This document shows, one piece after another, positions 1-9,527 of a DNA stretch of 64,000 nt; position 1 is the first letter of the stretch, and every line of letters begins with the position of its first letter. The DNA is from Candidatus Melainabacteria bacterium 17Bon1m (GTDB taxonomy: Bacteria > Cyanobacteriota > Vampirovibrionia > Obscuribacterales > Obscuribacteraceae), in assembly GCA_032128875.1 (NCBI GenBank), contig JAVLKG010000008.1, forward strand, positions 96,001-160,000, written 5' to 3'. A model generated the notes under the pieces. That model saw only the letters and a list, made by a program, of their open reading frames with translations. It was not told where the DNA came from and made no database searches. The position numbers and the translations under genes were made by a program.

Positions 1-1056
1 GGTTCCGTCGGCCTTGGCCTTCACGGGCTTGCTCTTGTCGCCGCCGACGAACACCTGGTAGTACTCGTTCTTGAGCACCTTCGGGTCGGGCAGCGTGTCG
101 ATCACACCGTCCTTGATGGCCTGGTCGATCACCTTGTTCGGGTCCGGAACCCGGTAAAGGGTCTTGACCTGAACGGCCTTGCCGGTACCGGCCGGCGCAG
201 CGAAGTGCAGCAGGTTGCGGTTGTAGACAACCTCACCCGTCTTGGCGTGCACCAGGAAGCCCCAGAGCACACGCGGCTCGCCGACCGACAGCTTGACCTC
301 GTAGACGGGGTCGAACGTGTCTTCGTGAGCCGAGAACACCAGATTGACCTCGTTGTTGCTGCGGTCGACAACCTTGCGGTTCTCGGCGATCAGCTGCGTG
401 AGGCGGCCGGTGTTCAGCGCCGACAGGTCGATGTTGGCGATGGCCTGGTTGAGCTTGACGCCCGCCAGCTTCTCGCCCAGAGGCGACTGCTTCTGCGCTT
501 CTTCCTTCGCCAGGTCAGCCTTGGCGAGGATTTCGGCGAGAGCCGTCTTGGCGTTCGCGATCGCCTGAGCGCGCGTGGTCAGCTTGCCGAGGGTGGACGG
601 CTTGCTGCCATGGCGCAGGGTGTTCACGATCTGGTAGACCGTGCCATCCTTGCCCATGTGCACGTGCACATAACCGGCGCGAACCGGAACCGCAGTGCGA
701 CGGCTCTTGACCGTGTGCACCTGGTTGAAAGCGACGCGATAGCCGAACGGGAACTCTTCCACCTTGGGGGCGGAGATTTCGCAGGTCGACAGCTCGAGCA
801 GCTTGGCGATCTTGTTGTTGCGGATGGTGCGCAGCGCGTGACCCTTGGGGTCATTGGCGAAGCGCGAAGTCGACAGCCCCTTGGCGGAAGAGGTGCTGAT
901 GATGCGGACGGAGCCCGTGTCGTGGAAGTCCACTTCGAGCGAAGCGTCGTTGGCCTTCAGCTGTTCGACGATGTTGACGAGAGCCTTCTTCGGTTCACGG
1001 GATTCCGTGACCTCGCTGGCGCCCGTCGGAGGTACGAGGTGATTGTGAATAATCAT
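1..1056 (-). CDS. M4/M36 (thermolysin/fungalysin-like) metallopeptidase precursor, N-terminal part; runs off the left edge
   Basis: Not in the ORF track. My translation from ATG 1056 (AAGGAG at 1064-1069) is open to base 1. It has an FTP-propeptide-like segment (YRVAFNQV..PVRAGYVHVHMGKDGTV) and a PepSY-like segment (VYEVKLSVGEPRVLWGFLVHAKTGEVVYNRNLLHF). No HExxH lies within the window. Confidence 0.7.
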   Translation of the reverse strand, partial: MIIHNHLVPPTGASEVTESREPKKALVNIVEQLKANDASLEVDFHDTGSVRIISTSSAKGLSTSRFANDPKGHALRTIRNNKIAKLLELSTCEISAPKVEEFPFGYRVAFNQVHTVKSRRTAVPVRAGYVHVHMGKDGTVYQIVNTLRHGSKPSTLGKLTTRAQAIANAKTALAEILAKADLAKEEAQKQSPLGEKLAGVKLNQAIANIDLSALNTGRLTQLIAENRKVVDRSNNEVNLVFSAHEDTFDPVYEVKLSVGEPRVLWGFLVHAKTGEVVYNRNLLHFAAPAGTGKAVQVKTLYRVPDPNKVIDQAIKDGVIDTLPDPKVLKNEYYQVFVGGDKSKPVKAKADGT

Positions 1057-1389
1057 AGTCATGCTCCTTATGGCGGCATAGGTCGACCCCGGTCGACATC
1101 TGCACGCGCGTTGATGCACTCGTTCTTGCAAGGGAACGAGCGCGGGTTTTGCTGATGTCGACTGACAGGTACCTTCGTTGCCGGGGACAACGCAGGTAAG
1201 ACCTTAGGGGTCTGTTTAACAGCGTCTTGCAAACGCAGGTCTTTTCTTTCGAGCCGTTTTTGGAAAGCCGTCTCGAATCTTTCGACTCTGCAAAGTCGAA
1301 GTAACTACTGCTTCCGTCGGGTGGACGGGGTTTTTAGTTCAGTTAGTTGAAGACTCCATTTGCAGAAAAGAAAGTGAAAAGATGCCTTG

Positions 1390-1419
1390 AATTTAGTAAT
1401 CGGAGCGACTTAAAAGCAA
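1390..1419 (-). promoter_or_regulatory. Putative sigma70-type promoter TTGCTT-N18-TAAATT for the peptidase
   Basis: -35 at 1414-1419 and -10 at 1390-1395, just upstream of a folded leader. Confidence 0.45.
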
Positions 1420-1904
1420 TGGCTTCGCTAAGGCCCTGAGCCATAGCCTAGAGCTATTAGAGCGACATTTCGGGCGCGCCCGTCATAAGACTTACGTTGA
1501 AAATCCGCCGCATATCGGGCGCGACAGCAAAGAGATATACATTACGCACCTCTGCCACCGCAGTTAGCGGGGGTGCAAGAGTCGAAACCGGTCGTTGGAA
1601 TTAACAAATCTAAGAGCTTGCTAATCTGGCGCGCGCTAGGGCAACCCTTACCGGATTCGGGAAAACCACAGAATGAAAAACCTAGCAGAGCCGCGCTGAT
1701 GATTGCAGGCACTAAAACGGCGCAAAATCCGTAAAGTAATGCAAAACGGGGGTTTTCGGTCAAAAAGCTAGCGGAAATTAGCGCTCGCTCATCTGCAATA
1801 AATGTAAGAGGCCTAGATAAGTGCGCGCGCGAACTCTCTTAGATCACCTGATCTCCGCTCATGAAATTCAAAAGCATTACTAGTTCACGTTTTGTACAAA
1901 AGGC

Positions 1905-1934
1905 TTGCTTGACAAGTATCGAATTTCTTAGTCT
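1905..1934 (+). promoter_or_regulatory. Putative promoter TTGCTT-N18-TAGTCT
   Basis: AGGCTTGCTT at 1901 is identical to 59401; precedes the 1941-2414 structured leader. Confidence 0.45.
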
Positions 1935-1940
1935 CAGATC

Positions 1941-2414
1941 ACATTCACTTCTACTTCTTGCAAAAAACGGACAAGACAAGCCCTTAAATCAATCCAGGTC
2001 TCAGCTTCCAGCTAAAACATCCGGCACTCATGTGCTTGGGACAAAAACGAACCTGGTGTGGCGACGAATCCGTGTGAGCAAGAGAAAGTGGTGTTTCGAA
2101 GTATGACGCGTTCGCTGTTCTTCTCCGACTGTCTGTCCAGGTGGAGAACAACTTCGAATCGTCTAAACGCATGGACGTCTTAGCACAACTAATGAACGCG
2201 CGAGTGTTCATCAGTGGTGCGGACTAAAGTGCCCTTCTCAATTCCACAGCAACAACGAGTTGGACTGATGTCGCCTAGCAAACGACTGATGTTGCAGCTC
2301 TTTCTTGCTGAACGTGCGTTTGAGAGGACAGTCTCAAGCGCGGATGCATCGGTAGAACAATCTTGATTGTTCCGCATGACGGAGCTTGCTTCGCCAATGC
2401 GGGAAAGGAGACCT
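1941..2414 (+). ncRNA. Large structured 5' leader / candidate cis-regulatory RNA
   Basis: Nested stems (CCAGGT/ACCTGG, TGGCGA/TCGCCA, ATCCGTGT/GCGCGGAT, GCGA-tetraloop hairpin at about 2183-2220); the 5' end can pair with the SD. Confidence 0.5.
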
Positions 2415-2894
2415 ATGTCGAAAGTTCCAGTAAACCTGCTTCCCGCCAGCGTGCAAACCCTGGTGGAACGCCTCACGGCCGCCGGTTTCACTGTCGTCAG
2501 CGCCACCACCGGCAACGGCCGGAGGAATCTTGGCGATGACAGTGAGCCCACCGCCGCCGAGCGCGCAGAAGCCACTCGTCGCGATGAGCTGATCGTCCTG
2601 CAGGACATGCCGCTCGACGTGCTCGACATCACGCATGTGAGGTTGACGCGTCGGCAGAGCTTCGAGACCTGCACGATCGAGTTCACCCCCTCGAGCCTGA
2701 AAGTGAGCGAGCAAGCCGATTCGACGCCCGTCGTCGTTTCGCTGCCCGCTCACTGGCCGGCTGCCTGTCGCGCAGGTGCCCAGGCGATTGCCGCCCTCGG
2801 GTACTCGCGACGCGGCGACTCGCTGACGTTCATCAAGGGAAATCGCACCACCGATGGGCCGGATGGCATCTCGGTGGGATTCAGCTGGTGCTAA
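2415..2894 (+). CDS. Hypothetical protein
   Basis: AAGGAG RBS before ATG 2415; strong GC3 bias; no recognised motif. Confidence 0.75.
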   Translation: MSKVPVNLLPASVQTLVERLTAAGFTVVSATTGNGRRNLGDDSEPTAAERAEATRRDELIVLQDMPLDVLDITHVRLTRRQSFETCTIEFTPSSLKVSEQADSTPVVVSLPAHWPAACRAGAQAIAALGYSRRGDSLTFIKGNRTTDGPDGISVGFSWC

Positions 2895-3130
2895 ACCACC
2901 ATCTGGAGCGGTTTCTATCGGGGCGCTTAGAAGGGCACCCCAAACCCGACCAAGTGTGAGCCAACACTAAGACGGGTGCCCGTCTCGTGTTCAGACGTTC
3001 TGAACACGAGCGGGCGCTAGACCGTCTCGCATAGTTCGTGTAACGACGCTGCGAAACGGCTCCTTCCATCGAAAAGCTGCTTGCCATCTCAGGCGGCAGT
3101 TCTAAAGCTCAAAAATGAAGGAGCTCAAAA

Positions 3131-3898
3131 ATGAACGAATCTGTAGCCAAGCTGTTCGAAGGCTGGCGTCCCAAGGTCATCTTCTGGGATATGTGGATGA
3201 CCCTCGGGATGAGCCATTGCCGCGAACCAATCGGAGAAGCACAGGTGATCTTGTCACCTATGCAGCTGCCAATCGGTGCCAACCGGCACCCGATTCCGAC
3301 TGGTGACTTCCTTCGCTTCTGTTTGACGAACCCGACCGCTGACGAGACCCTCTTTGCAGAGGAAGCCTCGGCAACGTTCGGCTGGGATCTGGACACGCGT
3401 CGCCTCGATGCGTTCCGGACTCTCATCGGCAAAGAGAAAAACTGCATCGCCCTTTTCCCAGAAGTTCAGGAAGTCCTGGACTTCGTGCAGTCGCTGGGAT
3501 TCCGCCAGGGCATCATCAGTAACCTCTGGGCGTTCCCGTCCGGTCGTCTGTTTACCGACACTGTCCTCAGTCGGTACTTCACTCGGCAGGACATCATCTG
3601 TTCCTTCGAAGTTCGGCATCCGAAGCCGGACCGAGAAATCTTCGACGAAGCGTGCAGACGCTTCGGCGTTCGTCCCGATGAATGCCTGATGATTGGCGAC
3701 AATCTGACGGCAGACATCAAAGGCGCGCTGGCTTGCGGCATGAAGGCGGCGCTCATCGATCGGCAAATGAACGTGGATCCGGCCGAACTCGTCGCTCTTA
3801 GCGAAGACGGGTTCCCGCCGGTCCTGTACATGACCGACCTGAAAGCGCTCGAGAAGTATCTCGCCTTGTGCCCTGTCAGTGGCGGTTGGCGCGCATAG
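3131..3898 (+). CDS. HAD-superfamily hydrolase (IA)
   Basis: Motif I variant IFWDMWMTL, motif II IISN, KPDREIF, IGDNLTADIKGA. Confidence 0.9.
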   Translation: MNESVAKLFEGWRPKVIFWDMWMTLGMSHCREPIGEAQVILSPMQLPIGANRHPIPTGDFLRFCLTNPTADETLFAEEASATFGWDLDTRRLDAFRTLIGKEKNCIALFPEVQEVLDFVQSLGFRQGIISNLWAFPSGRLFTDTVLSRYFTRQDIICSFEVRHPKPDREIFDEACRRFGVRPDECLMIGDNLTADIKGALACGMKAALIDRQMNVDPAELVALSEDGFPPVLYMTDLKALEKYLALCPVSGGWRA

Positions 3899-4004
3899 CG
3901 CTCCGCATTCTGTAGGCATTAGCCACATCGTCCGTTCGGGGCGCGCGCACTGCTCAATCCGGGCAGCTGTGCGCGTCCCCACCTAACGAGAAGGATGGTA
4001 TACC

Positions 4005-5465
4005 ATGTCAACTCAGTTCTATTATCCGAGCGACGGAGAGTTTCTCCCTCCGGCTCTGCTCCGGTGGCTGGAAGAAGGGCGCCGTCCGCGTGCCCGACTG
4101 AAGGCCTCCCACGAAGACTTCGTGGTGGAGGAAGAGAGCCTCGATGGGATCCGCTTCACGGCTGACACCGTGAGCAATCTCTCCGCCGCGCAGATCGCGA
4201 ACGCCTCGACGCCGACGCGCTTCATCCAGATCAAAGTGGTGAAGCGTGGTCTGACGACGGGGCACACGGAGCACTTGCTCAGGTCCAAGCTCAGGGACCA
4301 GGGCTGCGAGGTGCGCATCACGTATGCCGGCAACAAGGACAGGACCGCGGAAACCGCTCAGGGCATGCGCATCGAGTTCAAGAGCTACCCGGAGGGTTCC
4401 GACCCGATGGAGCTCGTGAAGCGGCTGTGCAAGCCCCACAAGCTCAACGGACGTGACTGGTTCATCATGGACCCGCTCTACGTCCAGGGTCCTCTGAATC
4501 TGGGCGCCCTCAAGGGCAACCACTTCAAGATCCGCCTCATCGTTCCCGGCATGAACTCGCAGATGATCACGAGCTACCTCAGCGAGAAGGTCAGCAAGCT
4601 GGAGGCGCACAACTGGCGCTTTCCCAACGCCTACGGCAAACAGCGCCGCGGTCGTTGCCAGACCAATGACCTCCTCGGGTACGCCTTCCTGCAGCTGGGT
4701 CCTCTGGCTGCTTTCCGGATGTGCCTGACTCTCGGCGCCCCGGACGAGTCCGACTTCGCCAAGGAAGTGCGTGCCGCACTGGCGAAGTGCTGGGAAGAAT
4801 TCGAAGAGGCACGCAACCGTGGTGCACAACTCGGAGAGCAGTTCTCGCACTTCGAGGATATGCACCAGATCCTGATGTACGGGCCGAACCGTCAGCGTTG
4901 GGGTGAGGATCAGAAGGAGCCGGTTCACGTCCGCGTGAACATGCCCATCGAGTTCTCGCTCGTCACGCAGGCGGCGACGCATCGTTGCCTCGATGAGGTG
5001 GCCATGAAGCTGCCCCGCGAGTTCTCACTCTGGATCGGCGCCATCCAGGCGTACTGGTACAACCAGAGTCTCCTGAAGGTGCTCGAAGGGTCGCTTGTCC
5101 TGCCGGAAGGCGTGAACGAGATCCCGCTCATGGTCAACAAGCCACGGGCGGTCGAGTTCTACGGCAAGTACTTCCCCCAGGCACTGCCGGGCGACTACAA
5201 CCGGAAGAAGCAGCGCATCTTCCGGCTCTACAACCGCGTTGCCAGACGGTACTTCGAGCCGTTCAGCGCGGGTCCGGTGCGCTCGGTCTTCGCCCAAGTC
5301 AGTGACTTCGGGTTCAAGGCGGGGAACGAGGAAGTGCTCATCGAGAACATGCTCCCTTCGGGCTCGTTCGAGACGACCTTCCTGTCGATGTTCTTCGACC
5401 TGGATTCCGACTACAACGGCAAGGCCACGGCTGAAGGAGCGGTGTTCGCTCTGGAGGCCGAGTAG
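4005..5465 (+). CDS. truD: TruD/Pus7-family tRNA pseudouridine synthase (long, divergent)
   Basis: LKASHEDFVVEE, YAGNKD (catalytic Asp), GALKGNHFKIRL, FPNAYGKQR, AIQAYWYN, LPSGSF. Confidence 0.85.
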   Translation: MSTQFYYPSDGEFLPPALLRWLEEGRRPRARLKASHEDFVVEEESLDGIRFTADTVSNLSAAQIANASTPTRFIQIKVVKRGLTTGHTEHLLRSKLRDQGCEVRITYAGNKDRTAETAQGMRIEFKSYPEGSDPMELVKRLCKPHKLNGRDWFIMDPLYVQGPLNLGALKGNHFKIRLIVPGMNSQMITSYLSEKVSKLEAHNWRFPNAYGKQRRGRCQTNDLLGYAFLQLGPLAAFRMCLTLGAPDESDFAKEVRAALAKCWEEFEEARNRGAQLGEQFSHFEDMHQILMYGPNRQRWGEDQKEPVHVRVNMPIEFSLVTQAATHRCLDEVAMKLPREFSLWIGAIQAYWYNQSLLKVLEGSLVLPEGVNEIPLMVNKPRAVEFYGKYFPQALPGDYNRKKQRIFRLYNRVARRYFEPFSAGPVRSVFAQVSDFGFKAGNEEVLIENMLPSGSFETTFLSMFFDLDSDYNGKATAEGAVFALEAE

Positions 5466-5666
5466 TCCATCGAGTCAGTGCCGACGTCTGTGCCAGGGCG
5501 AAGCTCGAAGCGCAGACGAAGGCGTCGACTAGGTGAGGCTGTTGCAGCAGCTTGGGGGGTTAGCGGTGCGAACTGCGCCTCCCAGGCTGAAACAGCAGCG
5601 AAAACGGTGGTGGCACAGTGCCATCACCGGCGGTGTTCTCAACATCAACTGAAAGGGCACGACTTT

Positions 5667-6008
5667 ATGGTGTTCATCATTCTGACCGGTGGCAAGAGCA
5701 AGCGGCTCAAGGGCAAGCGCGGGGGCGACAAGTTCGACTCCAACGCTCGCGGCCGCGCCGAGGACAAGCGTTTCCACCGCGAGTGCAAGCTCGCCGCGGA
5801 GCGCAAGGCCTTCCGGCGCGAGGCGCGCATCCAGGACTCGGTGTTCGAGCCGGTCGCCTACGCGACCAGCTCGGCGTCGGGCATGGACAAGCCCAAGAGC
5901 CGGGACTCCTTCGTGACGGAGGACGGCGGCACGCGCGTGACCATCCGCTACAACGCGGACGGCATGGCGGTGTCGGCGTTCATCCGTCCGGTGGGGTCCC
6001 GCCGCTAG
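5667..6008 (+). CDS. Small basic hypothetical protein
   Basis: GAAAGGG RBS, ATG 5667, extreme GC3 bias, K/R-rich. Confidence 0.7.
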   Translation: MVFIILTGGKSKRLKGKRGGDKFDSNARGRAEDKRFHRECKLAAERKAFRREARIQDSVFEPVAYATSSASGMDKPKSRDSFVTEDGGTRVTIRYNADGMAVSAFIRPVGSRR

Positions 6009-6114
6009 CTCGAACTATCGGGCTGCATTCCGGCTCCCGGCGGCGCAAGCCGTCGGGGGCTGGTCGGCAGTGCAGGGTGATACTCATGATCGAATGTCCA
6101 TCTAGGAGAAAGCC

Positions 6115-6348
6115 ATGAACGATCAACGTGATCCTCGCCAGCGTCAGCTTGCGAACGGAACGTCATTCAAGGCTCGTCTGTGTCCGGGGTTATTCGCAGC
6201 CACGTCGCTCATCGAAGCGGCCAAAGGCATCAGCGACCACGGCAACAGCAGCGAGAGTGACGACATCGGCGGCGGCAACAACAACATGCCGGCAGCCTAT
6301 CCGACACGCCACGAATCGGTCAGCGTCTACGACCTGATGACGGCGTAA
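6115..6348 (+). CDS. Small hypothetical protein
   Basis: AGGAGA RBS; same codon style as its neighbours. Confidence 0.55.
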   Translation: MNDQRDPRQRQLANGTSFKARLCPGLFAATSLIEAAKGISDHGNSSESDDIGGGNNNMPAAYPTRHESVSVYDLMTA

Positions 6349-6444
6349 CAAGAAGGGGACGGGTCGCAGTTCCCTAACAAAGGGGCGGGCAGCGTTTAGC
6401 CAACTGAACAACAGTTGGTTGGCGCTGCCCGTCCTACAGCGGCC

Positions 6445-6520
6445 AGACTGGCGTCCGGAAGGGGTTTTCATTCGAGTCATCGAACGATTTCCTCCCCTTA
6501 CCGGCACGTCAGTCTTTTTT
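6445..6520 (+). terminator. Long hairpin followed by a U-run, closing the 2415-6348 operon
   Basis: AGACTGGCGT-CCGG-AAGGGG...CCCCTT-CCGG-ACGTCAGTCT-TTTTT. Confidence 0.55.
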
Positions 6521-6929
6521 GCGCGCTTCTACTATTTCACACAGTATACCATAGAACGACATAGCCATGCCGTTTTTCGAAGCATCATCAACTTTCTGCC
6601 GAAGGCAGTCTGCTGCCACCACGATGATTTTATTCTCCGCAGGCGGCAGAAGAACAATAGAACACCTGGCTACTCATCAGACTCTCAATCGTTTCCAGCA
6701 CCCACAGATCTATGCAGATTTCAGACTGTGTGCAATAGTAGTGATATCCGTGCACGGATTTCCAAGCTAAGAAGAAGCAGTCACATTCAAGTTTTCGCGC
6801 TAACACCGCTCTTTTGAGAGCGGTTGCCCGCCATTAGAGCTTTTCAGATTTTAGTTCGGCAAATCATGTGACCCCGCTTCAAAGTGGCTCGAAGAGCTGT
6901 TTCGAGCAGGTCTCACCAGGTATGTCATC

Positions 6930-8081
6930 TTGAAGTCAAATTCTGCACTGGCATTAGCCACCACAATCTGCATCTTATTAAGCGCCTTCCAGGGCTCGGC
7001 TCGACCGGTTTTTTCTGCGACTGAAACAGACGCAAAAAGCGAAAGCAGAACAAGCTCAAAGGCCGCTTTCTTCGCACGCAAACAAGCCGAGGAAGCGTTC
7101 GAGCAGCAATATGAACGCGTCTGGCAACTGGCCGCGCAAAACTTCCTATACGAAGATAGACTGCGCAATTTCGACAACTGGAGAGACAAGTACAAGGGCA
7201 AGATCCACTCTGCACGCGACTATGACAGCGCCTGTACAGCCATGCTCGACTATCTGAATGACGAATACACTTTCTTTCGCGACATCCATTCGACTGGTGA
7301 GCGCAAGACGGAATCAACTGCGCGCAATGTTGTCACTGCAAAAACGTTCAAGAATTCAATCGGCTACATAAAAATCCGCACCTTTAGCGCGCGCGCATGC
7401 GTAGACGAAACACGCAACGCACTCAAACAATTCTCCTTGCAGCGAGCTCTCATTCTCGACTTGAGAGACAACTGGGGAGGCAGTATCGATGACGCTTTCG
7501 CCATCTTCCAAATGCTTGCGGACGCAGGTGACTTCGTCAAAATGGTTGGACGCGAGGACGCCATCGGTTATAGCGAGACGCTCTCCGTAGAGCCACAGCA
7601 GGCTGTAAAAGCGCGCGACGGAGACCTCGTTGTCTTAAGCAGAGAAGCATGTATTGCCCCGCAGATACCGATACTTGTACTAGTCAATGGCGAATCAAAG
7701 TCAGCCGCCGAGATGCTTGCCGGTGCTCTCAAGGACAATGGACGAGCAGCTCTCATCGGTGAAAAAACATTTGGCAAGGGTGTCGTGCAGCAGGTTTGGG
7801 AGTTCGACAACGGAACATCGGTGAAAATCACCTCAGCTCGTTTTTTCCGCCCCTCCGGCTTGCCCATCCAAGGAGTCGGTCTGGCACCAGATGTAAGAGT
7901 GACAGTCAGCCGAGCTTCGGACGCACAGTTGCAGCGCGCCATTCAAATGGCCTTCAACAATTCTCAAAAGCACATCGCCCATCGCCCCGGCCCATCCTTC
8001 ACAAAAGACGCTCAGCATGCGGCTTTCCATCACACAAGCGCGCCCTTTGCCATCAAACAATCGGCCGCAGGCAATCGCTGA
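6930..8081 (+). CDS. S41-family (CtpA-like) C-terminal processing protease, secreted, without PDZ
   Basis: Signal peptide; IGYIKIRTF, ILDLRDNWGG, LVNGESKSAAEMLAGALKD, GEKTFGKG. Confidence 0.9.
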   Translation: MKSNSALALATTICILLSAFQGSARPVFSATETDAKSESRTSSKAAFFARKQAEEAFEQQYERVWQLAAQNFLYEDRLRNFDNWRDKYKGKIHSARDYDSACTAMLDYLNDEYTFFRDIHSTGERKTESTARNVVTAKTFKNSIGYIKIRTFSARACVDETRNALKQFSLQRALILDLRDNWGGSIDDAFAIFQMLADAGDFVKMVGREDAIGYSETLSVEPQQAVKARDGDLVVLSREACIAPQIPILVLVNGESKSAAEMLAGALKDNGRAALIGEKTFGKGVVQQVWEFDNGTSVKITSARFFRPSGLPIQGVGLAPDVRVTVSRASDAQLQRAIQMAFNNSQKHIAHRPGPSFTKDAQHAAFHHTSAPFAIKQSAAGNR

Positions 8082-8484
8082 CAGCGAGATTAAACGGCGG
8101 TTCAAACTTCGTACATTGCGTTACAACGCGCTTTCTTAGCTGCTTCTCACCACACCTAGCGGAGCAGATCGAGGCGCCGGATCTGGTGCTTCAGGAAGAT
8201 CGAACCACTACCTTGACAATTATTTAGCTGATTCTGGCAGAAACAGTATTGGTGTCACCATTTAGTTTTGCTTGGCTGTACTTACATCTTTCCACCTCAT
8301 CAAAATAAACACCAGGCAACAAAGCACCAGAACCGTCCTCTCATAGACACCTCTCTCATGCTCATTCAGCGACATCCAATCGCCGGACGAGCAACCGCTT
8401 TGAAAAACTGCCGAATAAACCCCGGCGTTCGCGTAATGCAACTGCCGGATATGATGCATCACTCATCTAGAAGGAAGACTTCCG

Positions 8485-9267
8485 ATGATCATTCTGCAAA
8501 CTCTAAAGTGGCTTGCCATCACCGCCGGCGCTGCGATTGCCGCTGTTCCGGTTTTGCTGGCTATCGCGGTTTGGGCGCTCCTGATTCTCGCTGAGAGCTG
8601 GCACTACAAGCTGTCTCGCTATCGGGCCTTGAAAGCGCTCGAAGATGTCCGCGCACTGAAGGCCCGATTCGCCAAGGCGATTTCGGCTCCCGGACTCAGC
8701 AATCCGCTGATGCGTGGTTTTAGCATTCCGCTCAATCGTTTCGAGAAAGCGCTTGCCACTCTCGAATCCCGCGTCGAAGCGCTCGAGCACGCCAACGATG
8801 TTCGTCACGGACCCCACACTCGCAGCGAATGGAAATACCTTCGCCGAGATGTGAAACGCGTCGTGCGCCGCGGCAAGCAGCTCGAGTACTACCTGGAAGC
8901 GCCTGATGCACGCGATGGCATCTGGCCGTTTGTCGACGATCACACGGCAATCTACGCCGACAACAACTACGAACGTTTCGTGCCTTCACCGGTTCCGGTA
9001 CCCGTTTCTGCGGCTGGTCCCGCTCGCCTGACGCACCGGCCGCACCATGCGCATCGCAACTTCGGCATCGGGCGCGGCGCGCTTGTCGAAGATGTGATGC
9101 CTTCGCTGGAAGAGCGTCGGCAGGCTCAGGCTGCTGTACTTGCCGACAACCCCTCGGTGACCGTACTGCAACCGGTGGTGCGTTCGCAAGTCGCCGTCGG
9201 CGTATACGACAAGAATGGCGTGGTCGTGCCGTTCCGCCGACCGCACAAGATCGACGTGAAAGCGTAA
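8485..9267 (+). CDS. Hypothetical protein with an N-terminal membrane anchor
   Basis: GAAGGAAG RBS; hydrophobic N-terminus followed by a coiled-coil-like segment. Confidence 0.7.
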   Translation: MIILQTLKWLAITAGAAIAAVPVLLAIAVWALLILAESWHYKLSRYRALKALEDVRALKARFAKAISAPGLSNPLMRGFSIPLNRFEKALATLESRVEALEHANDVRHGPHTRSEWKYLRRDVKRVVRRGKQLEYYLEAPDARDGIWPFVDDHTAIYADNNYERFVPSPVPVPVSAAGPARLTHRPHHAHRNFGIGRGALVEDVMPSLEERRQAQAAVLADNPSVTVLQPVVRSQVAVGVYDKNGVVVPFRRPHKIDVKA

Positions 9268-9527
9268 AACGATCGCAAGATCCGGGGAAGTGGGCCAATG
9301 GGTCCGCCGTGTGCGGAGCAAACGCACTGGTCTTCTTCTCCGGATCTGCCAAAGCTCGCAAGCGTCTTGTTCCATCTGCTTGCGAGTCGAATAGGAAACA
9401 CGCTCTGCGCTCGCGTCTCACGGGTTCAGCAAAAGCCTGGCACCGCCGGGTTTTTGACATGCGTCATTTCGCCCTGCTCGCCTCATCCGGAGGATTTTCT
9501 ACGGAACAACAACAGGGAAATAAAAAC

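Noticed and set aside
205-1155. 316-aa plus-strand ORF
   Set aside because: In-register antisense shadow of the minus-strand peptidase; no motifs.
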